From positions 1 to 64,000 of the forward strand of contig CAVXGR010000007.1 in NCBI GenBank assembly GCA_963761335.1: a DNA stretch of 64,000 nucleotides, in the 5' to 3' direction. Below the pieces are notes generated by a model. The model saw only the letters and a list, made by a program, of their open reading frames with translations. It was not told where the DNA came from and did no database searches. The stretch is from an uncultured delta proteobacterium. GTDB taxonomy: Bacteria > Desulfobacterota > Binatia > HRBIN30 > BPIQ01. This document shows, in pieces, positions 1 to 9,306 of this stretch (position 1 is the stretch's first letter; each line of letters begins with the position of its first letter). Position numbers and translations under genes: made by a program.

Positions 1-162
1 GCACCGATTTGACGTAACGCCGGGTATCAGTCGCCCCGGCATTCTCGACGGTTCCCTCGAAATCCCCGATGGACCGCATTTGCCCGACCCCACTGGAGCC
101 ACCCCGCTGGAGCCCCGTCTCCAGTGCCTCTTTCCCGCCGCCTGGTTCTGAAACGACTGCGC

Positions 163-1046
163 CTACTGACAGGTGATCGCGAGAGTCACGACGTCATCGT
201 TGAAGGGCGGCACGGGCGAAAAATATGTGAACGTGTGGAGAGATGGCAGGGCCGCGGCCCATCCGCCTCCCGCTAGGTTTCCTGCGGCAACCTTTGCGGG
301 ATCGAAGTTCGATCCGAGTACGGTACTCGAGGTGGAGTGCGTGACGAAGGTGAGCGCGCCGGTGGTCAGGTTGCGGCTGAAGACGGCGAGGGCGGAATCA
401 CCGGCGACGTAGACATTCTTACCGTCCGCACTGACACCGACGCCCTGCCGCTGGCGAGACCGTCGACGCCGCCGACGCCGTCCTTCTGCATCTCGACGAA
501 GGTGAGCGCGCCGGTGGTCGGGTTGCGGCTGAAGACGGCGAGAGCGGAATCGCTGTTGCCCGTCACGTAGACACTGTTGCCGTCCGCACTGACATCGACG
601 CCCCGGGCCCCGCCGAGACCGGCGACGCCCCCGATGCCATTTTGCTGTGCCTCCACGAACGTGAGCGCGCCGGTGGTCGGGTTGCGGCTGAAGACGGCGA
701 GGGCGGAATCGGCGCCCGCCACGTAGACGTTCTTGCCGTCCGCACTGACATCGATGCCCCATGGCCCGCCGAGACCGGCAACGCCCCCGACACCGTTCAC
801 TTGCCGTTCCAGGAAGTCGAGCTTGCCGCTGACCGGATCGCGGCTGAAGACGACGACTGCGCTCATGTTCTCGTTGGTAGCGTAGAGGTTCTTGCCGTCG
901 GGGCTGAGGGCAATGCCGTATACGGCGGAGAGGGAAATCGGCGAGGCCGCGACGCGCGCGCCGACGAACTTGAGTCCGGCGGACGCCGGAGAGCAGCAGA
1001 GCGCTGCCGCCACGACCGCTCCAGCCCACATCTCGATCCGAGTCAT
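163..1046 (-). pseudogene. Secreted lactonase-family beta-propeller repeat protein, frameshifted near 449
   Basis: Signal peptide MTRIEMWAGAVVAAALCCSPASA, then ~50-aa repeats (VSADGKNVYV..DSALAVFSRNPTTGALTFVE). ORF 366-1046 continues in the frame of ORF 163-1029 after an apparent 1-nt deletion in the third repeat. May be a sequencing error. Confidence 0.75.
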
Positions 1047-1163
1047 CTCGACCTCCTTCGACTGGGCGTAAATCAGTCCCAGGTTATCGCCGCTGGGGAC
1101 GCGGCTTGCTCGCCTGCCTCAACCAGCTGGCAGTGCGGATTGCCCACATGCCCGAGGCTTTTG

Positions 1164-1979
1164 TCACGACGTCCGAATCCCGGGCTCGCCCGCGAGAGAA
1201 GCCGGCACGCGTCTCACCGCACGCCGGCGCCACTCGATGACGGCCGCCAGTGCGGCCATGGCGAGGGCACCGGCGAAGACGAGCTGCTGCGTGAACACAT
1301 GCGGCTGTGCGCGCATGAACTCGAGCAGCCAGGTGCTCCACAAGTAGGAGAGCCCAAACAGAACGAGCAACTCGCCGTCGTAGCGCCGGTGCGGGCGGTA
1401 CCACGACAAGCCGGCGAAGATGAGAAAGCCAGCCAGCCCGAAGTACAATTGCAGCGGATGCACCGGCAGACTCGCTCGGGCGCCCATCGGGATCAGCCCG
1501 TGGGTCACCTGCCAGAGGTAGACTTCAGTCAGAGGACGGAAAGTGACCGCCCACGGCACTGACGATGGCATGCCGTAACAGCAGCCCTCGAGGAAGCAGC
1601 CGACGCGGATGCCGACGATGAGCAATCCAGCCGCCGGTATGACGGTATCGGCGAACCGCAGGTACGGCACGCGCAGCGCTCGTGCCAGCGGAGGACCAAT
1701 CAGGACCGCGAGGATGAAGCCGCCGGGAATCCGCAGCCGCGGCGACAGGACTGCATCCCTGAGCGCGATGCCGCTGGTCGTCCACCACGGCCACGCCTCG
1801 GCCAGGTAGAGCAGCTTCGACCCCACGACCAGCGCCGCGAACAGCGCCAGGAACGCCGTACCGATCTGTCGCGGCCGCATGCCCGCCCGCCGCATGAGCC
1901 AGACGACACTGCCGCCGGCGAGCAGCGCCGCGATGGCCCAGCCGATCAGAAAGGGCGGGACGGTCTGGTGAAGGACCAT
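1164..1979 (-). CDS. Prolipoprotein diacylglyceryl transferase (Lgt)-family membrane protein, divergent paralog
   Basis: Multi-TM protein with RVGCFLEGCCYG, PVHPLQLY and RYDGE motifs; ATG at 1979. Confidence 0.8.
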   Translation of the reverse strand: MVLHQTVPPFLIGWAIAALLAGGSVVWLMRRAGMRPRQIGTAFLALFAALVVGSKLLYLAEAWPWWTTSGIALRDAVLSPRLRIPGGFILAVLIGPPLARALRVPYLRFADTVIPAAGLLIVGIRVGCFLEGCCYGMPSSVPWAVTFRPLTEVYLWQVTHGLIPMGARASLPVHPLQLYFGLAGFLIFAGLSWYRPHRRYDGELLVLFGLSYLWSTWLLEFMRAQPHVFTQQLVFAGALAMAALAAVIEWRRRAVRRVPASLAGEPGIRTS

Positions 1980-1998
1980 AGTGTCGCGACCGTGGCCT

Positions 1999-3429
1999 CT
2001 AGAGACACGCAGCCGGAAGGGTTTGGCCGACGGGGACGGGGGGCGGGTAGCAGAGCAGGCCGAACGCGTCGATGAAGCCCGCATTATCGTCATAGACCAG
2101 CATTCCGTTCGCCGCCGTATCCGGCTGGCAGTCGGTGACCGGGAATGCACTGCCGTTCGTGCCGCCCGCAGTTCCGAGATCGGTGGCAGCGGCGACGGAG
2201 AACCCGTAATCGTCACCGAGTTGTCCCCGTTCACCGATCACACTCAGCAGGACCTGCGCGCAGCGGACGGTGAGCGCGATCAAGTGCGTACCGTCGCTGA
2301 GGCCGGAGAACCCGTCGACCGCGCTGATGTTCGCGATCGTATTGCCCTCCGGGCAGTTGAGGTCGACCTCTTGCGCGTCCCCCCCGCCGACCCGACAGGG
2401 GGCAGATCCGACTCCCCAAGAGCTGATGTCCGTGCAGACGCCTTGAAGTTGGCTGATGTGGCCGTTCTCCACCCACACCCTGATGCCCGTCACGGAGTTT
2501 TGATTCGCGCAGAACTGTAGATTGTGCGTCGCGCCGTTGACGTTGCCGCGCACCAGCGTAAGCGGGCCACAGAGACTGCTCGCGCAAGATTCAAAGTTGA
2601 ATTGCGGACAGACGATGCCGCAGGCACCGCAGTTCGCCACGTCCGTGTCGGTGTCGGAACAGGTCCCTCCGCCATTCGGGCCGGCGCCACAGAGTGCTTC
2701 GCCCGCAGGACATGTCGACGTACATGAGCCGTCGAAACACAGCCGGCTGCCGCCAGCGGCCGCGGTGCACACGTGGGCACAGCTGCCGCAGTTGTCGGCG
2801 TCGAACGCCGTATTGGCCTCACACCCATCGGCGCGATTGTTGTTGCAGTCGCTGAAGCCGGCGTTGCAGTTGCATTTTCCCCTATCGGCGCTGTCGATCG
2901 TGAGATCGTCGTTGGAATCGGCAGCGTCGATGCAGTGGGCCCAGTCCTGGTTCAAGCCGGCGCAGGGATGCTGCATATACTTGGTCGGCTTGTCGACGCA
3001 CTGGGTCTCGCTCTTGACGGCGCAGGTGACCTTGCCCGTGGCGCTCTTCTTGACGCACACGGTCTTGTCGAGGGCGGCCGCAAATCCGCATGTGGACTGG
3101 GCGTAGAACTTCTTGACCGTCCCTTTGCATTGCGGGCGCAGGTTCGCGGCGGACTGCCCGTCGATGATCGTCTTCGCACACTTGACGTAGTCGCCGTGTT
3201 TCGCTCCCGGGGCTCCGTCGTAGTCGCCACACGGGCAGGCGCTCTCGATCAGGTCGCGCAACGTCGCAATCTGCCCCGCGTCTGCCGGAGCGTCCAGACA
3301 CTTCGGCGCTGCTGCTAGCACCGGCGGCACGGCCATCAAGAGCGTCGCGCCAGCCAATAGCGCCGCCAGCCATGCCCGAGGAGCGATAAGCCCATGCGCA
3401 CGGCGTGGACACGTGTCGACCCCTACCAT
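1999..3429 (-). CDS. Secreted cysteine-rich protein (DxxNCGxCxxxC repeats; C-terminal beta-rich, possibly lectin-like domain)
   Basis: AGGAG RBS before ATG 3429; hydrophobic signal segment; DADNCGSCAHVC and DVANCGACGIVC repeats. Confidence 0.75.
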   Translation of the reverse strand: MVGVDTCPRRAHGLIAPRAWLAALLAGATLLMAVPPVLAAAPKCLDAPADAGQIATLRDLIESACPCGDYDGAPGAKHGDYVKCAKTIIDGQSAANLRPQCKGTVKKFYAQSTCGFAAALDKTVCVKKSATGKVTCAVKSETQCVDKPTKYMQHPCAGLNQDWAHCIDAADSNDDLTIDSADRGKCNCNAGFSDCNNNRADGCEANTAFDADNCGSCAHVCTAAAGGSRLCFDGSCTSTCPAGEALCGAGPNGGGTCSDTDTDVANCGACGIVCPQFNFESCASSLCGPLTLVRGNVNGATHNLQFCANQNSVTGIRVWVENGHISQLQGVCTDISSWGVGSAPCRVGGGDAQEVDLNCPEGNTIANISAVDGFSGLSDGTHLIALTVRCAQVLLSVIGERGQLGDDYGFSVAAATDLGTAGGTNGSAFPVTDCQPDTAANGMLVYDDNAGFIDAFGLLCYPPPVPVGQTLPAACL

Positions 3430-3449
3430 CGCGATCTCCTTTTGCTGCG

Positions 3450-4028
3450 CTACGGGTGTTGAATGGTCCCGGTGCTCTGCGCCAAGAAGCTCATCTGAAC
3501 GATCCCGTTCGAAAACGACTGCACGACAGTACCGTCCGCAACCACTGAGAACGTCCCTGACGCTCCCGCCCACACACCGGTGCCCCCGGTGACGGTGGCC
3601 TCGAAGGACCCATGGGTCGTCACGGGACTGACATTCTCATTGAAGCAGACGTAGCTGGTGCCGGGGGTGTACGTCCCGGAAATGGTTGTCGTGTCCTTGC
3701 TGCCGCCGCCGCTATTCGCCTGCGCGATGACGAAGGATCCGTTTACCAGCGGGTACTCGTAGATGCCCGCTCCGGGGCAGTCCGCGGTGTCAGCGCCCAG
3801 AGTGCTCCCAAACTCCAACTGGCTCGTTGCGTCCGGCTTGTTCAACCCTCGGCAGTTCTCTTTCCCGGTGCTCTGCACCGTGAAGGACGCCGTTCCGCCC
3901 CCAATGAAAGACCCACCTTGCTGACCTGACAGACCGCAGACTACCTGAGCGCAAGCCGGCGGCGCACCGGCCACCAGCAGGCCGAAGCTCGCCGCGCCTA
4001 TCAGCGACAAAAGCAATGATCGACTCAT
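3450..4028 (-). CDS. Secreted hypothetical protein, possibly dirigent/allene-oxide-cyclase-like beta barrel
   Basis: AGGAGG RBS before ATG 4028 (in-frame ATG 4079 also has an RBS); signal peptide; VTGGTGVWAGASG motif. Confidence 0.65.
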   Translation of the reverse strand: MSRSLLLSLIGAASFGLLVAGAPPACAQVVCGLSGQQGGSFIGGGTASFTVQSTGKENCRGLNKPDATSQLEFGSTLGADTADCPGAGIYEYPLVNGSFVIAQANSGGGSKDTTTISGTYTPGTSYVCFNENVSPVTTHGSFEATVTGGTGVWAGASGTFSVVADGTVVQSFSNGIVQMSFLAQSTGTIQHP

Positions 4029-4133
4029 CCTTACCTCCTGTTCCGAAGTGAAGCTGCGAAGCCATGTTCCTCGTGTCATGTAGCCCTCCTTGTTTTTGCT
4101 CGAGGCCGCCGAAGCGCCTCGCTCAGTATGTTC

Positions 4134-4565
4134 TCACGTCTTCCACTGCAGCGGGCGCTCCGGATCGGCCAGGTACACGCAGCTGCTCCCCGTCTTGACG
4201 CTGAGCGTCAGGTGATAGCCGAGCGCCGGATGGTGGGTGGCGACCTTCGTCACCGCCGCCTTGATGCGCTTCGTGATCAGCACGCGCGCCGCTTCATCAC
4301 CTGCAGGCCCGCCGTCTGCGCTCCCGTCTCGGGATGTTGGCGGCGCGGACTCTCCGATCCGCAGCAAGTCGACGGCGGCGACGCGCTCGCCGGGATGGTA
4401 GAGCAAATGCGCCAGGCAGCGCAGACCTTTGCTGTCGCGCAGGCGCAGCACGCTGTCCTCGTACGCGATGGTCCAGTACTCGCCTTCGCGGTAGATGGCC
4501 GCGGTGCGGTCTGGGCTCAGAAGCCTGCTGTCGTCGTCGGCCGGCGGAGTCTTCGCTGTGCGCAT
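4134..4565 (-). CDS. Stand-alone copy 1 of the STAND-protein C-terminal domain (putative DNA-binding mini-regulator)
   Basis: REGEYWTIAY..LRDSKGLRCLAHLL..ARVLITKRIK..SVKTGSSCVY aligns by eye with the C-termini of the genes ending at 11661 and 15469. Confidence 0.75.
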   Translation of the reverse strand: MRTAKTPPADDDSRLLSPDRTAAIYREGEYWTIAYEDSVLRLRDSKGLRCLAHLLYHPGERVAAVDLLRIGESAPPTSRDGSADGGPAGDEAARVLITKRIKAAVTKVATHHPALGYHLTLSVKTGSSCVYLADPERPLQWKT

Positions 4566-4628
4566 GCGCGTGGATCCCGGAGACTCAGCCTGGTTGCAGG
4601 TGTCTGGCCTTGAAGTGCGTGAGCTGTA

Positions 4629-4683
4629 CCCTCTGTAATAGAGAGCGTGAAAAACCCATTCACAGTGTGAAATCCGGGGCCAC
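4629..4683 (-). promoter_or_regulatory. Conserved palindromic upstream element, copy 1
   Basis: CCCTCTGTAATAGAGAG..GTGAAAAACCCATTCACAGTGTGAAATCCGGGGCCAC; perfect TTCACA-G-TGTGAA palindrome at 4659-4671; also at 8286 and 11422. Confidence 0.7.
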
Positions 4684-5001
4684 CTTCCCATCTTTTTTTC
4701 TGGGCCGGTGGAAGGCGCTCTTCTTGCCGCGTCGCGCCGCGGCGGGAGCCGTCGCCTGTGTCTTTGGAGGACGCCCGGGTGACAGGGTACTCGCCGGCAC
4801 GCCGGCACCGGTCACTACGACGACCCTGGTCGGCGTTTTCCCGCCAGCGGGAGTGACTGCACGCGTCCGAGAAGGCACGTGACCCTACGATACGGAGGCG
4901 TGACATGCGAAGGCACAGTGTGCCTCGAGCGGGGCACAAACGCGGCGAGTACCACCAGGTGTCAGACTGCCGGCGTCCGCCGTCGGTTTACCGGTTCTCC
5001 A

Positions 5002-5385
5002 TCACCGCTCACCAGCGGCTCGAGTCTTGGAGCGCGACGACTTGAACGGGTAATACTCGACCGCACACATCTTCGCGTCCCGGATCTCCGCATCAGCGGT
5101 GATCAGCGTGAGGCTGCATGTCGCCGCGGTGGCCACGATAGTCCTGTCAAACGGGTCTCCGGGAAAGTCCGTGGGCAGCTCATTCGTCTTGACGGCGATT
5201 GTCGGCGTCAGCTCCAGCAGCTGCAGGTCAGCGGACATTCCCGCCGCAAACAACTCCTCCAGTAGAGAATCGCCGCCTCGAGAAGGCTGACGCTGCAGAG
5301 ACCTTTTCTTCCTGTCGATTCCAATAGTGCGCGGATGCGTCGGCGAAGGGCTTCCGGCATGGTCACCCCATTGATCCAAGGGGCG
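5002..5385 (-). pseudogene. PIN-domain (VapC-like) toxin remnant, frameshifted and 5'-truncated
   Basis: FPGDPFDRTIVATA..LITADAEIR in one frame and [22 protein letters not shown] in another; no antitoxin upstream. Confidence 0.7.
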
Positions 5386-5512
5386 TCCCCCGGGGACGAA
5401 CCCGGCGACATCTCCCACTTCCAGGCGCCGAGGACGGCTCTGGCCGCGACCGTCGGCACCGGGAACATCACCGCCGTCGCCACCGCCATCGCCACCGGCG
5501 GGCGCGGCGCGA
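5385..5512 (+). pseudogene. Short internal fragment of an alanine/glycine:cation symporter (AGCS/AlsT family)
   Basis: [33 protein letters not shown] matches the AGCS family N-terminal signature. Confidence 0.7.
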
Positions 5513-5672
5513 TGGCGAAAAGCGGCGACTCACTCCCAAACGCAACCTTCGTCCCAGGTGAGGTGGTAGCGAGTCAGGAACCGCTTGGCAAAGAGCTGGC
5601 TCGTCAGGTTGCTCTTTACCGCCGGAACGAGATCCGGAGCCCTCGGTGACGCGATTCCCGCTCCGCTCCACC

Positions 5673-5712
5673 CCGCGGGCGGACGGGCACAAAGACGCCC
5701 GCCCACCCGCGG
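5673..5712 (-). terminator. 16-bp GC-rich hairpin downstream of the FGE/Mtd-like gene (terminator or DGR-target hairpin)
   Basis: Minus strand CCGCGGGTGGGCGGGC-GTCTTTGT-GCCCGTCCGCCCGCGG; both imperfect positions are G-U pairs on this strand. Confidence 0.6.
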
Positions 5713-5753
5713 CAGCCAAAACGCAAAGGCCCAAATGGCCAACAAAAATGTGA

Positions 5754-6572
5754 CTAGCGGGCGCAGCGAAAGCCGATGTCGTAGAACGAGAGGGACGGCT
5801 GGTAGTAGCCGTCCACGGCGAGCGGACCGGCGTTCGAACCGTTGCCGAAGTCGCCGCCGCGCAGCAGCGCACCGGGCTCACCCGTGGTCGCCGCCCCGGC
5901 CAGGCACTGATCGTCCCCGGTCGGGCTGACTCCGGCGCTCCAGGTGCCGCACGCCGTCGAGCGCGGCACCCAGTCCGCCACCCACTCGTACAGGTTCCCC
6001 ACCATGTCGAAGGCGCCGTCCGACGACACGCAGCTGCTGCGCGATCCCGTGGGCTCCGCCACGTAGCTGCTGTTCGTGTTGCAGTCCGTGGTGCCGTTGT
6101 CCGGTCCCGGGTCCGGCGTTCCCGCCACCGCCGCCTGCCACTCCGCGTTCGACGGCAGCCGCTTGCCCGCGTTCTTGCACGCCTGCTGCGCCTGGAACCA
6201 GGTGATGTACGCCGACGGCGTCGCCACGGGTAGGCTCACCGCGTAGATGTCGCCGGAGCAGTTCTGCCCGCTGTCGGCGCACGGCGCGTAGTCGTCGCCG
6301 CCCGCCGTGCCCAGCTGCGTCGCGCCGCCGTTGGTCAGGTCCGTCGCGCTCGCCTTCCCCATCTGGATCTTCTTCACCAGCTTCTTGTTGAGCGTGGTCG
6401 GGCTCGGCACTCGCCACACGCTCGCCTCGTACTTGTCCATGCACACCGTCCCCGACACCACCGCGTCGTTGCTGCACTTCACCAGCGGCGTCTTCGGAAA
6501 CCCCGCCAGCGCCGCACTCGCCATGCCCGTGATCACGGCGACGGCCAGTGACATTCCAATCATGCGCTTCAT
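5754..6572 (-). CDS. Secreted FGE-sulfatase/SUMF1-like (C-type lectin fold, Mtd-like) protein
   Basis: GGAGG RBS; signal peptide MKRMIGMSLAVAV; MDKYEAS, KRLPSNAEWQAA, FDMVGNLYEWV and RGG..IGFRCAR motifs. Confidence 0.85.
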   Translation of the reverse strand: MKRMIGMSLAVAVITGMASAALAGFPKTPLVKCSNDAVVSGTVCMDKYEASVWRVPSPTTLNKKLVKKIQMGKASATDLTNGGATQLGTAGGDDYAPCADSGQNCSGDIYAVSLPVATPSAYITWFQAQQACKNAGKRLPSNAEWQAAVAGTPDPGPDNGTTDCNTNSSYVAEPTGSRSSCVSSDGAFDMVGNLYEWVADWVPRSTACGTWSAGVSPTGDDQCLAGAATTGEPGALLRGGDFGNGSNAGPLAVDGYYQPSLSFYDIGFRCAR

Positions 6573-6779
6573 TCTATCTACCTCCCTCTTCTGGTTGCGG
6601 CGGCACGGCCCGCCGGGTAACCCGGCCCGGCCACTGTGACCGCTCAGTCGTTGTCGCGCGGCGCGACCGCCCCGCACCGCCGAAGTCGCCAGATTGCCGG
6701 GGACCGGGTCGACAGCGGTCGACACCGGCGATGGGCTCGCGATCAACACGGCCCCCGCAATCAACCTCGTCGAACGCTG

Positions 6780-7500
6780 CAGCGGCATCCTCCGCCCGTA
6801 TGCGTTGTTGATCCACGCAGCGCCACCGGACTGCACACCGTGGTCGCTGTCCCGGCGCAGGCACTGATAGGCCTCCGGTCGTGGCTGACTACACGCAGCC
6901 CATGCGCCGCGCGCAGGTGAGCGGGGTACAAAGTGGAAGACCAGTAGGAAAACTTCGTCACAGCCGAATGGCGCTGTCCGAATGCACGAGCTCCCGCTGC
7001 GCGCAGCCGGCGGCCGCCGATCCACGATCGCAGCAGCTCTTCTGCGTTGGCAGCCGCCAGTCCGGTTCCCGCGAACCCTCCCGCTAGGCGCTGCCGCTGT
7101 AGGTCGCAGTTGTTCAACTTGTAGAGGAGTCGGTTACACGCTGCGCGCTCGAAAGGTATGGCGGCCCCGTCGCGCCACGTGTAGGTATTATCGGCGTAGA
7201 TGCGGGTTGGTGAGGTTCTGGACGTTGTCGAGGCTGTCCTGTCTTCTCGCCACTGCAAGCCAGTCTGCGCGTCGCTCCACCGGCGGTGAGATCGGCCGCG
7301 CTCGACGTCCCCAGCTGGACCCCCGACAGCGCTTCCTGGATGGCGTGCTCGGGTTGAAGACGCCGTCGATGCGCGCCTCGATATCTGCTGCGTCACCAGC
7401 GGCGTCTTCGGAAACCCCGCCAGCGCCTTCGCTCGCCATCCCTGATCACGCGACGTCCAGGGACGTCTCCAATCGCGTAACGCTGCATTCTATCCGCGAT
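6780..7500 (-). pseudogene. Scrambled DUF1566/Lcl-like remnant mixed with pieces of the FGE gene
   Basis: DAQTGLQW, NTYTW, GGFAG and SYWSST fragments; 6838-6890 resembles 5882-5931; 7395-7690 resembles 6481-6770; many indels. Confidence 0.55.
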
Positions 7501-7785
7501 CTCCCTGCCACTCTGGATCGCCGTGCACGGCTGCCGGGTTACCCCGCCGCCTGTTCTAGCTTCTCGCACTTCTGCGTCGTTGTCGGCTGCGCGACCGCCG
7601 GCACCGCCGAAGTCGCCAGATGCCGGGCCGACCGCCGCCGCAGCGGTCGAGACCGCGATGGGCTCCCTATCAACTCGACCTCCAATCAACTTGTCGAATG
7701 CTGCAATGGCAGTCCTGGGTTATCGCCGCTCGGGCCACGGCTTGCTCGCCAGCCTCAACCGGCTGGCAGTGCGGATAGTATGTCC

Positions 7786-8217
7786 TCACGTCTTCCACTG
7801 CAGCGGGCGCTCCGGATCGGCCAGGTACACGCAGCTGCTCCCCGTCTTGACGCTGAGCGTCAGATGATAGCCGAGCGCCAGGTTGTGGGTGGCGACCTTC
7901 GTCACCGCCGCCTTGATGCGCTTCCTGATCAGCACGCGCGCCGCTTCACCACCGGCAGGCCCGCCGTCTGCGCTCCCGTCTCCGGCTGTTGGCGGCGCGG
8001 ACTCTCCGATCCCCAGCAAGTCGACGGCGGCGAAGCGCTCGCCGGGATGGTAGAGCAAATACGCCAGGCAGCGCAGACCTTTGCTGTCGCGCAGGCGCAG
8101 CACGCTCCCCTCGTACGCAATGGTCCAGTACTCGCCTTCGCGGTAGATGGCCGCGCCGCGGTCCGGGCCCGGGGGCCTGCTCCCGTCGTCGGCCGGCGGA
8201 GTATTCGCTGTGCGCAT
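7786..8217 (-). CDS. Stand-alone copy 2 of the STAND-protein C-terminal domain
   Basis: Same length (143 aa) as, and near-identical to, 4134-4565; the duplication spans ~7777-8345 versus ~4125-4690. Confidence 0.75.
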   Translation of the reverse strand: MRTANTPPADDGSRPPGPDRGAAIYREGEYWTIAYEGSVLRLRDSKGLRCLAYLLYHPGERFAAVDLLGIGESAPPTAGDGSADGGPAGGEAARVLIRKRIKAAVTKVATHNLALGYHLTLSVKTGSSCVYLADPERPLQWKT

Positions 8218-8285
8218 GAGCGTGGATCCCCGGAGACTCAGCCTGGTTGCAGGTGTCTGGCCCTGAAGTGCGTGAGCTGGCTGTA

Positions 8286-8340
8286 CCCTCTGTAATAGAG
8301 AGCGTGAAAAACCCACTCACAGTGTGAAATCCGGGGCCAC
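8286..8340 (-). promoter_or_regulatory. Conserved palindromic upstream element, copy 2
   Basis: Matches 4629-4683 with one change in the palindrome (CTCACAGTGTGAA). Confidence 0.7.
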
Positions 8341-8535
8341 TTCCGGTCTTTTTTTGGCGACTGTGCGCGTCCGACGCGCGGCCGCCGCAGCAACCGCGAC
8401 GGCTACGGCGCCCGGATCACGTGATCGCCGCACCGGGTGCGCGGCTCCGCCCGCTCGACGGCCGCAGCGCTTGCTACCAGGTCTCCATCCGCCGGCAGAG
8501 CAGAGGTCCGTCCGCGGCGTCGCCCCGTCAATCGA

Positions 8536-9306
8536 TCATGAACCGCCGCGGACAGCACGTACGTGCCGGGTAAAGGCCTTATGGCCGTAGCCCACCCAGC
8601 CGTCGTAGAAGGTCACGATCCACGCGTACGTCGGATCGTACTGGTAGGTAGTAGACGACCAGGAGTAGGACGACGAGTTCGTGCAACTGCACGTTGTCAC
8701 ACTACAGCCACCAGTACAGCCAGAATCGAAGGCTGAGTCGACACACGGATTCGTCGTGCAAGGGTACGGCTCAGGAAGCAGGATCGTCTGCAGCTCCGCA
8801 AACGTCGGCAGCCGCCAATCGTTCGCACCGGCGAACCCCGCCTCGTTCAGACTCGTCGCTCCGACCGCCAGAAAGCTCGTGAACGCGGTGCCGTCGCCAT
8901 TCCACGGTGAACCCGTGCTCCACGAATAGGTGTTGTTCACGTCGTGCACGTCGCCGTTGTCGGACTTCTTCTCCCACACCAATCCGGTGAGGTTGTCCGT
9001 TATCGTGCCGTCACCGTTGTCCACGTAGCGCGCAGCGTCACACGTCGTTCCCGTCAGAGTCTGCAGCTTGGTCCAAGCACCGGCGTACTTGATGCGGCAC
9101 TTCGCCAGCTTCACTTGGTCAAAAGGGCCGCCTTTGTACCCCTTGGCGAGCCAGTTCTGCACGCACTTCCGGTACTTTCCCGCCTCCTTGGCGCGGCCGG
9201 ACTGACACTTCTGCTCATCGGTCGGGGCTGCCGATGCCGCGGTGGTCGCCAGCACCACCATCGCCATCGCCAGCATCGCCGCTTTCAGACCGCGGTTTGC
9301 CTTCAT
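8536..9306 (-). CDS. Secreted DUF1566/Lcl C-terminal-domain protein, tandem copy A
   Basis: Purine-rich RBS; signal peptide MKANRGLKAAMLAMAMVVLA; DNGDGTITDNLTGLVWEK, DWRLPTFAELQTI, WSST and VRAVRGG motifs. Confidence 0.9.
   Translation of the reverse strand: MKANRGLKAAMLAMAMVVLATTAASAAPTDEQKCQSGRAKEAGKYRKCVQNWLAKGYKGGPFDQVKLAKCRIKYAGAWTKLQTLTGTTCDAARYVDNGDGTITDNLTGLVWEKKSDNGDVHDVNNTYSWSTGSPWNGDGTAFTSFLAVGATSLNEAGFAGANDWRLPTFAELQTILLPEPYPCTTNPCVDSAFDSGCTGGCSVTTCSCTNSSSYSWSSTTYQYDPTYAWIVTFYDGWVGYGHKAFTRHVRAVRGGS

Noticed and set aside
4667..4683. Sigma-54 promoter TGGCCCCGGATTTCA in the conserved element
   Set aside because: The GG is present but the required GC at -12 is CA.
4570..4690. Cobalamin riboswitch (GCCAGACACCTGC and GTGTGAAATCC look-alikes)
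   Set aside because: The two look-alike segments are on opposite strands and the downstream genes are unrelated to B12.
6573..7025. Longer 423-aa version of the FGE ORF
   Set aside because: The extension crosses non-coding and scrambled DNA; RBS and signal peptide start at 6572.
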